Shown here: positions 36,531 to 48,720 of the stretch, in pieces
Numbering within the stretch: position 1 is the first letter of the stretch
Layout of the letters: each line of letters begins with the position of its first letter
NCBI GenBank assembly: GCA_013265495.1
Contig: MU061464.1
Span: forward strand, 620,001 to 684,000
Reading direction: 5' to 3'
DNA from: Vicugna vicugna
Taxonomy: Eukaryota
DNA: 64,000 nucleotides
Notes under the pieces: generated by a model
Databases searched by the model: none
What the model saw: the letters and a program-made list of their open reading frames with translations, nothing else
What the model was told of the DNA's origin: nothing
Made by a program: the position numbers and the translations under genes

Positions 36531-38149
36531 GACGAGGCACAGCAGGTCCGAGGCCGCGCTGCAGGCTGTGGGGAGGAATGGAGCCGGGATGCTGGGAGGC
36601 TCTGCTGCACCCGGAGTCTCCTCCTCCAGTTTGTCGGTGTCCGCTGCTCCTTCACTGGCAAACGCAGCGTAGGAAGCAAGCTTGCTATTCACATACAGAC
36701 CGAAGGGTAGGGCACTGGGTCCTCGCCTCCCTGCAGGGGGCAGGAGCGCAGTCTCAAGAGCAGGTTCCAGTGGGGTGGCTGGCAAGCTATGCGGAGGCAG
36801 AGGACACCCCGAGAAGGGGGCCCCCCACGGAGGGAGAGGCGAGAGCCGGGCCCAGACGAGGAGAGGCGACTCCCTCCGCTCCGAGCCTCCCCAGCCAAGG
36901 CCCTCCTGCTGCTGCTGCTCACCCCGCCGTGGGCCCTCCCCAGAGCTCCCGAGAGCCGAGCTCCTGGAGGCAGCATGTCAGGAAGTGTGCGTCCCGCTGT
37001 CTGTCTGCTCCAGAGCTGAGGCTCGCTGTCTGCTTCTCCCGAGGCCCGGCCGCTTCCTGCCTCCTTCCAGCGCGGCCTAGTTAATCTCCTGTCGCGTGGG
37101 AAATTGTGTTCAAAGTCTCCGTGATCCTCTGTCCAGAGTAAGTTATGCATGTAGGGACAAGCACATGCCACAAGGTCCTGAGATTATATCTGCAATGTGT
37201 TGCTGCCGACTGTTGATCAAGATAGGCTGGAAGAAAAACATCATTTTCAGGTGTGAAAAACCGTCACCTTTATCAAATAATCTTTCTTGCATTTTCCCTA
37301 AGATGTTGTAGCCTATTTAAACTTGGGAGGTTAAGTTTGCAGCATTCATTATGACTGAAAATTTCTTTCTTGCAATCATGCTCTCTTTATTAGGTGTTGC
37401 CGTAAAGCAATATTAAAATAAACACAAGTCGCTGGCCTTTTGTGAGCCGCGTGCCTTGTTTACTTCTTGGCCGCGTGTCTTAATTGCGTTTATTCATCCT
37501 TCCGACCACCGGTGCCGCGGCCACGCACAGCATTGGCTGTTCTGGAGGTACGCAGCTCACATTCTATGTTGTCCAGTGATGGCGCTTGATGGACGGCGTC
37601 TTGCTTGAGTGGTTTGCCGTGTGTTGTGGTTTTAATTCTTGGCTGGCAGCTTCCCACGACCCCGGCTCCCGTCTGCGCATGCTGCCTTGGGAAGTGCAGG
37701 ACGGAGGCTCTTGGAAAACTCACTTAATTAAGCAGCCCAGGACAGTGGAGGAGAGGGACCGTGGAAATGACTCAGCTTTTTAAAACCATGTGGAGGATCA
37801 TGAAAATGGTTGAAGCAACGCATCCAGACAAAGAAGCCGACCGTGAGATTAAAGAGCCCAGGCCCGGCCGTTTAAAAACCATGAAAAAGAAAAACTCCGT
37901 CACCCGTCTCGCCCAAAAGAATTGGAGCCGGTTGAGTTATCCAGACCCGGAACCAGGAGACACGCCGACACCGACGGGGCATTCTCAGTCTCTTCATGAT
38001 TGTTAAAGATACAGAAACAACACTGAGGGCCAATCTGAAGACAGGAAAAGCACACTTAATCCCACGGCCCTCACATCCGTTTCTTTCACGTTTATCATCT
38101 CTGTCCCTGCAGAGATCGATGTTTTCTTCGTAGAACACACGCTGTTCTC

Positions 38150-38480
38150 TAAGTTTCGGGCTTTTAACATCGTGTGGGGTACACGCTCCATGTTTCTACA
38201 CGGCCATGTGTGTCAAAATTTAGTAACCTCCACATTACTGTTCTCACAAGCAGCAGCATGTAGCACGTGTCTTCACTGTTGAATAATAACCTTAGAATGA
38301 GTTTTCATAGGTGATGGCATGAGCATCTTAATGGTCCTTAATAACCTGCCCAACTGCTTTCAAAGAAGAGCAGGAGCCGTACCTGCCGCCCCACCAGAAG
38401 GGGAGCGATCATTCCCCTTCAGTTTAATCGTGGCGCCACCTTTGCTACCACATTCTCCATCGTCATGGAAACCCTGACAG
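38150..38480 (-). mobile_element. Degraded old L1 fragment
   Basis: Antisense L1M-like motifs (aactgctttcaaagaagagcaggagccgtacctgccgccccaccag). Confidence 0.35.
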
Positions 38481-38886
38481 AGTGAAACCAAGCCGGACTG
38501 TCTTTCAGGAGCCACTGCTGAGCCAGGCCCTCAGGATCTTTGCTCCTGGGGGGAAATGAGCTCAGGAGGAAGCTCCAGCGGAAACGACCAGCAGGTGGTT
38601 CGTGCTCACTGGCTGCACTGGTGGGCGGCTTTTCTGCGTGGCTCTGGCAGGGGGCCAGCCACACCAGGGCTCCTCAGGTCTCAGGCCGGGAGGGCAGGTA
38701 CAGCCTTGTCCGCGTCAGGGAAGAACATGGGCAGCGGGAGACCTCGCAGTGGATGAAAACTGAATTATCTGTGCTCCTAAGACTTGTCTGCTGCGGGACA
38801 GCAGCGCCGACAGCCATTTACTACCAACAAGAGGCAGTTCCAAGAGAAGAATATAAAATATGCTCTGCTCAACCCCACGAAGCTCC

Positions 38887-39018
38887 NNNNNNNNNNNNNN
38901 NNNNNNNNNNNNNNNNNNNNNNNNNNNNNNNNNNNNNNNNNNNNNNNNNNNNNNNNNNNNNNNNNNNNNNNNNNNNNNNNNNNNNNNNNNNNNNNNNNNN
39001 NNNNNNNNNNNNNNNNNN
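38887..39018. other. Assembly gap (132 N)
   Basis: Run of N. Confidence 1.
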
Positions 39019-40499
39019 GGATTGATGACACTGACTGGGCTTTTCGCTTTCTTTGGGGTCCGTGAAGCACGGTGCTGCGAGAGGCCACAGGAGTCCCGCG
39101 ATGAGGGCACATGTCTATTTCTCCTCCTGATTTTTATTTTTTGGTATTTTCATATTATTTTATTGCCTAGTTCAGATGTCTTTCTAAGCAGGGTCCAGTC
39201 TCCTAGGGGACTCATCTCTTCCGACTTTGAAGATTAGGACCACAGGCAGATCAGACTCCTAAACACTCTGTCTTTATACCCCCTTCTTCACAGAGCCAGT
39301 CCCAGGTGGGTCTGCCTGCCTGCTGCTGTGTGGACTGTGTCGGGCTGCAACTTATTTTGCTCAGTTATTCGTGTGCCCTTGCCCAGATAAGAGGGGTGGC
39401 AATGTAGCACATGCCGACAGCTCAGCTCTGTCCCCAGGTCCTGTGTCAGTTTGCAGGCTGGCTGGCTAGATTTGCGAAGAGGCGGGGGAGAGGGGTCCAT
39501 CCTCCACCACTGGAAAACATGGTTTTCAGGAGCCACCTGTGGCAGGAGTCTTATCTTTCCAGGTGAGAGCCAGGCACGATTTCATGGCACTAAGGACAGT
39601 CGGAATCTTTGTGCTCCAGGCGACTCAGAGGACTAGGGCCCTGGGCACTCACACCTCCTAGGCTCTGTCCACTCCCTGGATGTTAGAGCCGAGGGGCACT
39701 TCAGAAGATCAGCTGGGCAAACTCTCTGCCTTCTTATCCTGGTTTTTCAGGGTGTGCCAATGATTTTCAACATCTGCACACGTTTCAATGTGTTGTCATT
39801 CGGAAACTGTGTTAAAAGAGATCCTTTCCTAAGTTATTCTGGGCCCTTCCAACTCCTGTTTCAATGGAAATTTTAATGGGATCTTTCAAGCCGTTAAAAA
39901 GGGAGGGAAAAACACTTTCGGAAGTGGAATTTGGAGGGTAGCTGTGGTTCTTCTCTGCTGACAAATCCCCTTTTGACTTAACATCGCTGAATCAAGTCCA
40001 GTGTCTTGAGAGGTTACTGCCTGACCACAGGTTAACTATTTTAATATTCACTGATGGAGGAAAGCACCATGGGCAACTGGTGCCAGATCCTCGGGTGTGA
40101 GGGCGTCAGTGGCACCACAAAATGTAAACGCTCCCCTAATTATCTCAAGCCGCTGCACGCCCAAGTGGTTCTTTCACAAGAAAAACGCAGCTTACTGATA
40201 ATGAGCACGAAAATCACTGAGAGATTGCCGGGGTAAATCTCTTAAACCTCTTTTCTTTGCTTTTTTCTTCTCCAAATTTTGATGTGATTTTGCTAATTTG
40301 CGTACTGTTCCTTCCCAGAGTCTACAGATGACACAGCGTCTCCACAGGGGGTTTGGGGTTGGAATCACAGTGGTTTCTACCTGGGGGGCTAGCTCTAAAG
40401 AGTTTTACTATTATCATCATGACTTATCTTATTGGACTCATGAAGCTGTTGGGGTCTTCAGAAACCCAGGTTATACCCAGTAGTTGCACAGTGATTTTA

Positions 40500-40680
40500 C
40501 TTTTAAATGTACATTTTTTAATCTGTTGCCTCATTTTATGGCCACAGCATCCCCACGAGGCCGGTATTCAGTCGCCATTTTTCAGAGGGAACACTAACAC
40601 ACAGCTGGACAGATGACTCACCTCTGGCCACTCAGTGTGTAAATGGGAACTGGGGCTGAAGCTCAGGTCCCCCCTCAGCC
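40500..40680 (-). mobile_element. MIR remnant
   Basis: catccccacgaggccggtattcagtcgccatttttcagagggaacactaac...gggaactggggctgaagctcaggtc. Confidence 0.5.
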
Positions 40681-42459
40681 CTGTGTCCCCTCTCACAAAG
40701 CCACCCCGATTCCTTTAAGCCCAGGAATGGAAGGGATTTGCTGCAGAAAGCTGCCTTCTGGGGCTACGGGAAAGCGGTTCAGCACAGGTGTTTCCTCAGC
40801 ACCATCATTCTTTAATGTTAGCTGCCACCAAAGACCTCATGTTGGGAAACTCCAACGTGGACCTACTAGTCTGCCGACAATATCCCTGCCACGGATCAGA
40901 AAACTTCCGGAGCCGACCCCTCTGACGGGAGCTTTGGGTGGCGGCGCACGGGTCTTACTGGAAGCCCCCCGGCCCGCCGTGCACTGAGTGAGGCCCGGCT
41001 GGCCGGGGGTCTCCGCTGACGCCGGGGGCCGTGCGCAGAAGTAAGAGCGGTCACCGCGCGGGCGGAGGCGGGGCCACACGCACCACGTCAGGCAGAAGAG
41101 CGCAGCTCCGGCCACCGTCCGTGCAGTCTGTTCTCACTCATTCAAGCCCCAGACACCTCTGCCAGCATCCCACCCCGAGGGGCTGTGCCTTCAGCAGGAA
41201 GGAGCGCCAGTCGGCTGCCTGCTTCTTGACCACCTTAACTGCGGCGTGTGCCGGGCTTCCTCGCCCGGGTCGCTGTGAAGCCCAACACCCCAGACTTCGC
41301 CTGGGTTTTGGAATGAAGGCAAGATCTTCGAAAGCTCTGAAATCTGGGGCAGTCGGACCATGGCTGAGAGCCGGGGAGGCCACAGGGAGGGCTACCTCCG
41401 GGTTGAGCTGTCCCCCCTCCACGACCCTGGTCTTGCCCTCCCAGAGCGCTGGGCCCTGCTCGGCCCTTCTGACTTGCCCTTTGTCTTGCCTCTGGCTGCC
41501 CCCAGCCTCTCCCACGTCCCCTGAGAGATGGGCCAGCCCCACCGCAGGAAGCGCAGAGAGCCCTGAGTTCAGAAGGGGCTCACACTCGATTTAATGCTCT
41601 GTCGTTGTCGTCTTGAAGTTCTTCATAACTCTGGAACAAGGAGCCCCACCCATGTGCACTGGGTCCCACATCTGACGGAGCCGATCCCGGCACCACCACG
41701 GGGCTTCCTGGCATCCAGAGCCAGAGGACGCTTAGAGGCCATCGTTGGATTCCACCCCTCAATTTACAGAGCCGGACGGGGGGTCTGTCCCCGGGGTGCC
41801 TGGCCTGCGGTCGTCCAGGGAGGGGAGGCAGAGCTGAGGACAGCCGTCCTCCCTGCCAGCCGCGCGCTCCACTCTACCGAGGACCTTAAAGCCGCCCTGC
41901 GCACAGGAGCCCCGCTGGGCTTGGCCGCTGTGGTGTCTCTCGGGGACACGTTTTCTCCTCCTTCACTTTGGCCGTGGGGACAGGAAGGGACAGGGGTATC
42001 CATTCCTTTTGCCCTTCCCACGCTCCCGCGGTGCCTACCCAACAGCTCTCAAAAGCGTGGAGGAGACAGCAGGCAGTGGAGAGCTCTGACCTGGGATGAG
42101 GGCTTCAGCCACAGCACAAACACAAAACTTGGTCTCAGTCAAAGAAAAGAAATGTCCAGGAGGACAGTTTTACTACTAATGAAACGTGAGCATGGCCGAC
42201 CCTCAGAGAGTGTCGCTTTCGCTGGGACCACGATGCGCTTTCTTGTGTGGGAACCATGCTTAAGGCTGCGCACACCCTCGGGAGGCGTCCCGCCTGCGAT
42301 GTCACCTGCTGTGCGAAGGAGAGCGGCTGGGGGCCGAGGGTGTGTGGCGCGTTTCCTCCTCCCAGTTCCCCCAGATTTATGCTAAGCCGGGTCGGGAGAC
42401 AGTCACCTGTCTGTGCTGCGTTCCACTGACCCCCGAGTTGAACTGTCTGTACGGAAGCA

Positions 42460-42883
42460 CAGGCAGACCTTGTTTTAACTGCACTTGGCTTTATTGCATT
42501 TTTCACAAATTGAAGGGTTATGGCAGCTCTGTGCTGAGCAAGTCTACCGGTGCCATTTTCCCCAAGCATTTGCTCACTTCGTAACTCTGTGTCATGTTTT
42601 GATCATTCTTGCAATTTTTCAAACCCTCCACCAGCACAAAGATCGTGCCTCACTGAAGGTTCAGGTGATGGTTAGCATTTTTAGCAATAAAGTATTTTTA
42701 AATTAAGATGTATATAGTGGGGGTTTTTGGACATTAATCTACTGCACACTTTAAAGACTACACTGTAGTGTAAGTGTTACTTTTATGTGCACTGGGAAAC
42801 AAAAAATTCACGACTCACTTTGTTGCGATACTGCTTTATTGCCGTGGTCTGGAAGCCAGCCTGCAGTCTCCGAGGTGTGCCCG
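42460..42883 (+). mobile_element. Tigger1-derived internally deleted TcMar-Tigger DNA transposon (424 bp)
   Basis: Both Tigger1 ends are joined: 5' caggcagaccttgtttt...cacaaattgaagggttatggc; 3' ttagcaataaagtattttt...gcactgggaaac...ggtctggaa...ctccgaggtgtgcccg. The expected TA TSDs read CA and TG. Confidence 0.85.
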
Positions 42884-43329
42884 TGAGATTTCACGGTGTG
42901 TCCAGATTACTTCCTGAGAGCTGATTCAAGACCCCCCAGCGCTGCTGAAACACCCTGCACTGCAGGCAGCACCACCATCAAAGGCCTTGTGCACGACGTC
43001 GCTCCAGCCCTTGGTGCCAAGGTGCCCCCAAAGCCGAGCCCTGCGATGACGTCCGCTCCTTCCAGCGACGTGGCGGACGCGGGTCTGCGTGTGCTTTACT
43101 GACCGTGCTGGTTGCTAGGAAACAAGGATGCTCGGAGCTGGGCTTCCTTGTTTTCCGCTGCTCACGCCTCTGTGTTTTAATGCATGCCTCCTCTTACTTC
43201 TTGGCTTTTTCTTTTAATAAACTTAAAAGAAGGACATAACAGGCGCCTATATTCCCAATTCCACAACTAACCTCTGTTAGCATTTCCCCACATTTGTTTT
43301 CAGCAGTCCTTAAGGAAGTACAGCTTTAC

Positions 43330-43910
43330 CACTTAGCTAACATCCTGCTCCCGCACCCAGTCCCTCTCCCCTCCAGTGTCCCCACGGCCAACCCGAGAAG
43401 AGCCTGCTGCGTTTTCTGCAGTCCATTTTATACGCCTCTGCACACAAACATGTGCTTTTGTAAAAAAAAAAAAGTGTGTGATTTAAAATGTAACAGATGA
43501 TAGACGGTACACACAGTTGTGCTTTTTGCATTTAATGTTTCTCGAGACCTGACCACGTCGGTGCATGGAGATTCAGCTCGTTCCTTTGGTGGCTGTATAG
43601 TAATTGTCATATGAATGTGCCATATTTTATTTATTCCTTCACTCAGTGAGGAACATTTAGGTTATTTCTGATCTTTTCCTGTCTCAAACAATGGTACCAC
43701 AAACACTTTTGAATACATTCTTTATATACGTACACACGTGCAAGGATTTCTCCAGGGTGTACACGGTACACATACAAGAATAAATACGCATGTATGAGAA
43801 TGTCTCCAGAGTCTGGGGCACTGAGCAAGCTAACTGGCAAAGGCATCTCCGAGTCACTGTCTCTCTTCGCTCCACGTGTCTTTTACTCCACATTAACGGT
43901 TTTTGCCTCT
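43330..43910 (-). mobile_element. Old L1 (L1ME-like) 3' fragment
   Basis: gctcgttcctttggtggctgtatagtaattgtcatatgaatgtgccatattttattta...aggaacatttaggttatttc. Confidence 0.65.
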
Positions 43911-45394
43911 CTGGTACCTGAATTTGCTCCAAGTCGCTTCACATCCTTTTAAGAGTTGAGTTTGCTGAATAAAAAAACTAGGGTCGTCAGATCTCTTCAA
44001 GGCTTGTGAAATATACATGGGACGCAGCATTGACATGGAGGTGCCCGTCACTGTCTACTTTCTGCAGGAGCTCGGGAAAGAGAAAAGTGCTTCATTTGGG
44101 GCCAACATTTACTGTTTGGAAGGAAGCCCAAAAGGAAAAAAAGAAACAAAGCCATTTTTGAAAACTTGAAGGTTCACCTTTAAAATTTCAAAAGAAAGAG
44201 CACAGGAATATCAGAGGCGACGAAGTCCTCCTCTTGCTTAAGCTCCACGGCCCTCTGTCCTCACTTCCCCCGCGTCCTTCCGCGGCTGTGGGACTGTGAA
44301 CGGGGCCCCTGCATTACCAACGCTGGGCCCCGCGCTGGCACGCTGCCCCTCTCGCCCCCTTTCCCCCAGAAGGGTCTCCCCGCCCTTCCTCTCTTTCCCG
44401 GGAGGGTGTCTCGAGCTCTCCCACGGCCTCACCCCGTCCCAGCAGCCAGCGCCAGGCCTTGTGTTCGCTAGGCCTTCGACTGCAAGTTAGAGACAAACCC
44501 AGTTCTTCCGGGTGAAGCCGTAAGGAGCCCCCGTCATTTCTCAGACGCTCCAGGCCGGGGGCCCAGGGCTGGTTATTTGGTGGCCAGAGGCATCACCCAG
44601 GACCGGCTCCTCCCGCTTTCTGTTTTGCCGTCTCAGTTCACTTCCCTTTACACTTCAGTCCAGCTCCTCTTGCGGCTGCGAGGTGGCTGCAGGACCGCCG
44701 GGCATCGCACCCAGCACGACCTCGTCCAGCAAAGGAAGAGGGGCAATTTCTCTCTGTATTGTTTTCAGTCAGAGAGGAAAATGTCCCCTGGAAGCCCACC
44801 ACCGCCCTCCCCTACGTCCTGCTCATTAGCGCCCCCTCACGTGGCTGTGCTGGCTGCCCACTGGCAAGGGGAACAAAGCCAGTGCTCCCCATCGAGATGT
44901 GAGCAAAAGTGTGGGGGCTTTGGGGTCACAAGGACTGGAGAGGCTACCAGCAGTTAGTGGGCGAGGTCCAGAGGTGCCAAACCAGCTTCAATGTGTGGGA
45001 CACAGAACAAAGCACATTCCCACCTGACTCCCAGGAGCCCCCATATTCTAGCGCAGACAAATCACAGCTCACCCCTGGGGATGGACACGGAGGAGGAATC
45101 TGTCGCCAGAAGCACGTGGCCTCATCAAGAAGGTGACTTCCTGTGTAACATGGTGGTGTCCCCCATAGAGGAGGAGGGGAAGTCAGCCCTGCCTCCTGAG
45201 ACTCCAGCTCAGCACAGCAGGCACCCGCTGCCCGGGAAGGGACTTGGAGGCCTGCGCAGAACCACAGAGGACGCACCTGGCTCCCCGTGTCCTGCTCGTG
45301 AACCAGGGGAAGCGGGCACGGTGCACACTCAGTCACTTCTGGGGAAGGACCGCTCTCCCCTCCACCTGGTCTCAGGCAGCCACACCTGTGCTAT

Positions 45395-46230
45395 TGTGAT
45401 ATAAAAGAAATACGTATTTTGGTCTCTGTCCCTGGTTCCTGGCCAGAGCTCCCAAACACCGTGCAATGTCCTAAGCAATGAAGGCGCTAAGAGCATCTTT
45501 TGTTCTAGCTTTAGTCTTTGACTCCCATTCTCAACACAGAGCTCCCAAGTCTCGTGGAGCTTTCTGGGCGGTGGGAGCGTCTTTTGGTCTAATGAGACAA
45601 CACTCAGTGCGATGTCGGATAGCTCCTGGATGAGGGCGGGTCACCAGGATGACAAACGGTGATTAGAAGCTTGGCACTCGGCCCCACCCACCCCGCATCC
45701 TCTGAGAAGGGGAAATGGAGGTGGAGTTAGTAATTGATCACGACTGCATGAGGAAGCCTCCACAAAAATCTCAACTACGGGGCTCAGAGATCTTCTCGGT
45801 TGGTGAACACAGCCCCACACCAGGAGGGCAGTGCGCCCCAACCCCAGGGGAAAGAAGCCCCTGCGCGCAGGACTCCGCGGGACCTGACCCTGTGCTTCTC
45901 TCCATCTGGCTGTTCAGCTGTGCCCTGGGCTGTGTCTTCAATCGTATAATAAGCTGGTGACATAAGTAAGGGCTTCCCCGAGCCCACGAGCCATTCTGGC
46001 AAGCGCCCGAGCCCAGGGAGCAGCCTGGAGACCCTGCTTTATGGGCAGTTGGTCAGAAGCACGAGGGACAGCCTGGGACTTGGGAGGTGGGGACCGAGCC
46101 CTTAGCCCGTGGGCTCTGACTCTAGCTCCAGGCCGCTGGTGTCAGGACCGAATGGGACCGCGGGCCACCCAGCTGGCGTCAGAGGATTGTTCAAGTGGGG
46201 AAGCGCCCCCCAGCTGGAGCACAGAAGCAG
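45395..46230 (+). mobile_element. Solo LTR of the MER21 family (ERVL), sense to the putative host transcript
   Basis: Starts tgtgatataaaagaaatacgtattttggtctctg; internal duplicated acagagctcccaa...gagcatcttttgttcta units; ccatctggctgttca; ttggtcagaagcac. The 3' end is approximate. Confidence 0.8.
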
Positions 46231-48539
46231 CCAGTGAACTCGGAGGGTCCCCTCACACACTCCACGGGGCTCTGGGTGCAGACGACAGCCTCTTCTTTCC
46301 TCTCACGCTGCGGTTCTATGGCGTCACAGCCTTGGGGCTCACGGGCGTCACCTGTGGCTGAGACATTGTTCACAGGAGAAGGCCACTGAGCTAGGAGTCC
46401 CCCAGACACAGCTGGACTGCTTGCCACAGCCAGCAACGTGCCCTTCACTGGTCTGCGCTGCGTTTCTCACTGTTACCTGCCCTGCCTTTTCCCCGGGGCT
46501 GGGCACAACGCTGAGGAGGTGCCGGACGTCCTTTGCAGCTGTTGATGTACAGGTTCCTGCTGGCAACACCCTGCTTACAAGGTATTAGATATTTTCAACG
46601 TGAAATATGCAGATCCCACAAGTGCAGTTCAGTTCACAGTGTATGTCCTGTGTCTGTCCTGAGGGACAGACAAAAACCTTGGTATAAGCTCTTAGACACT
46701 CTCTTTGCAGAGAGTAAAACTCAGGCCGAGGCAACAGCGGTCAGCCTAGTTACAAGGGCAGCTCTGTGCAAATCCATTCGTTTATTTATGCAGCAAACCT
46801 TGGCTGAGCCCCTGCACGTTCACTGTGCCGAGGGGACCTGCCTCCTCCCTGCACCCCTGGGCCGACAGTGGTGGCACTGATGGGACACACAGCTGAAAGG
46901 AGGAGTGGACCCTGGCAGGAAGATGAACAGTATTAAGCATTTCTTCAGGTTTATTAGCTCTGAGGTAACATCATGGTAAAAAGTTCCGTATCCAAACCAC
47001 GTCACAAATCCCCAACAGAAGGTCCTGAAGGTGAATGAAAATGGAGTGCCCCCAGCGGGTAAGAGGTAAGAGCACGGAAAGGCCTGGGGCTGGAGCACGG
47101 CGTCGAAGCAGGTGCAAAGAACCAGGGAAGATGAGAGTGAAGGGCAATCGCTGGTGACGGCGCGGGGTCGGTGACGGAGGACGGATCTGACGTGCGTTCA
47201 TGAGCGCAGACCTGGTCAGGCTTCAGGAGTCAAAATGGGAAGACAGGTTTAGTAGCAAATTTTATGAGAGTCTTGATTCGGGAAAAGAAGACAGGTAGGG
47301 GACCAAGGTTTACGTCTGAGTGTGGAGGAAGAGTTCTAACTTTTATAATTCGCTGAAAATCACCTAATCCCCTAGTTCGAGAGGAACACAGAGAGCCCGC
47401 AGTGTAGTCTGGGCAGATGGTTGCGGTGACGTCAGAGGTCTAAGCTGTGACTCCGGCACCAGACTGTTCTCACGTCAGAGAGCTGGAACCGGATGCTTCC
47501 TGCAGCAGCATCACCACTGCCAGCGCCATCACCACCATGTTTACTTTGAAACTTCAGAACCAGACAGAAGACCAAGACGCGATGTCTAGCTAATGTTCCT
47601 TGGAGTCAGTGTCTCTGAAGGTAAGATAAACTGAGTGGTGTCCAAAATAAGGATACATAAAACCACATTGCGAGTTGCGCTCACCAAGTTGGAAGGTCTG
47701 AGAGAAGAAGCAAGACGGCGCTCCTAAAAGCTCTGGAACTCCAGGTGCTTCTCGGGAGTCCTACTGTCCTGGGAACACCATTACCCCAATTTTTTCTGAA
47801 CATAGTTGAGTTTCTAAGCCACCTCTGACAGTGACTACAGCTGTACAGAACCACAGCTGCAGGAAAATGCGACCTGTTGCCCTCCTCACGGAGCCCACGT
47901 ATCATTTGCACTTCACTTCTCTGTGGGCGGAAAAGCTTTTTTCATGGTTTATTTAGCAGGAAGTCATTTTGATCAGCAAGATGAGCAATAATTTACAGCT
48001 GTTTGCAGTTACTGCCTCTGCTCTGCCAGGAGTTTTAACTATTATACAAACTGAAGTAGCGAATGAGTTGAGGCAAGACGGGGAGAAGGGAAATGTATAT
48101 TTCATAGGTCCATTCATGTCACGAGCAATTACCCATCACTGGGTTTTCCATTCTGCGCTTCTATATTCAGAGTCACATTCCAAGGAACTTCTAATCACCT
48201 TTCTAATTCGGAGGTTTTTTTATCAGCGACGGGAAGCACAATCTGTAACACTGTTTCCTGACGACTGGGAAGTCACCGTAGCTTAAATTCCCCGGAAGTA
48301 TGAAGCCAGTTTGGTAGAAAAACAAAACAACACAACGCAACAGACCTTCATCTGCATTTCTGCCTCTTTGAAACACCCAGGGTGAAAGTACAATGATCAA
48401 AATATTTCCATTACCAAGTGAATAAAATGACAAATGTGTTTCCTTTCTTATCTAACACAAACTTGGTTTAACAAGTCTACGTATGGAGAATTCAGGAGCC
48501 CTTTGTAAATTGTTAATTAGACTGACGAGTAACACGTTT

Positions 48540-48720
48540 GTGGAGCAGAAGTGCCGGGAGCTAGAGGACAGACCTCAGTTCAAATCTGGACTCTGTGTGC
48601 CTCTGGGCGTGTCCTAACGTGCAACACGTGGGTGACGATGCTATGGTCCACCTCGTGGAGTTGCTGTGAGAATTAAAAGGGGATGCTCCAACTGCGCTGT
48701 GTACCAGCAATTAGCACAAC
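48540..48720 (+). mobile_element. MIR
   Basis: cagttcaaatctggactctg...ccacctcgtggagttgctgtgagaattaaa. Confidence 0.5.

Noticed and set aside
36789-37019. ORF with a signal-peptide-like ALLLLLLTPPWALP
   Set aside because: Comes from a short (CTG)n run, lies far from the start codon, and has no usable donor.
37735-38006. A-rich 81-aa ORF (MEMTQLFKTMWRIMK...)
   Set aside because: No known protein match; composition suggests a degraded old repeat, possibly L1 ORF1-like, unconfirmed.
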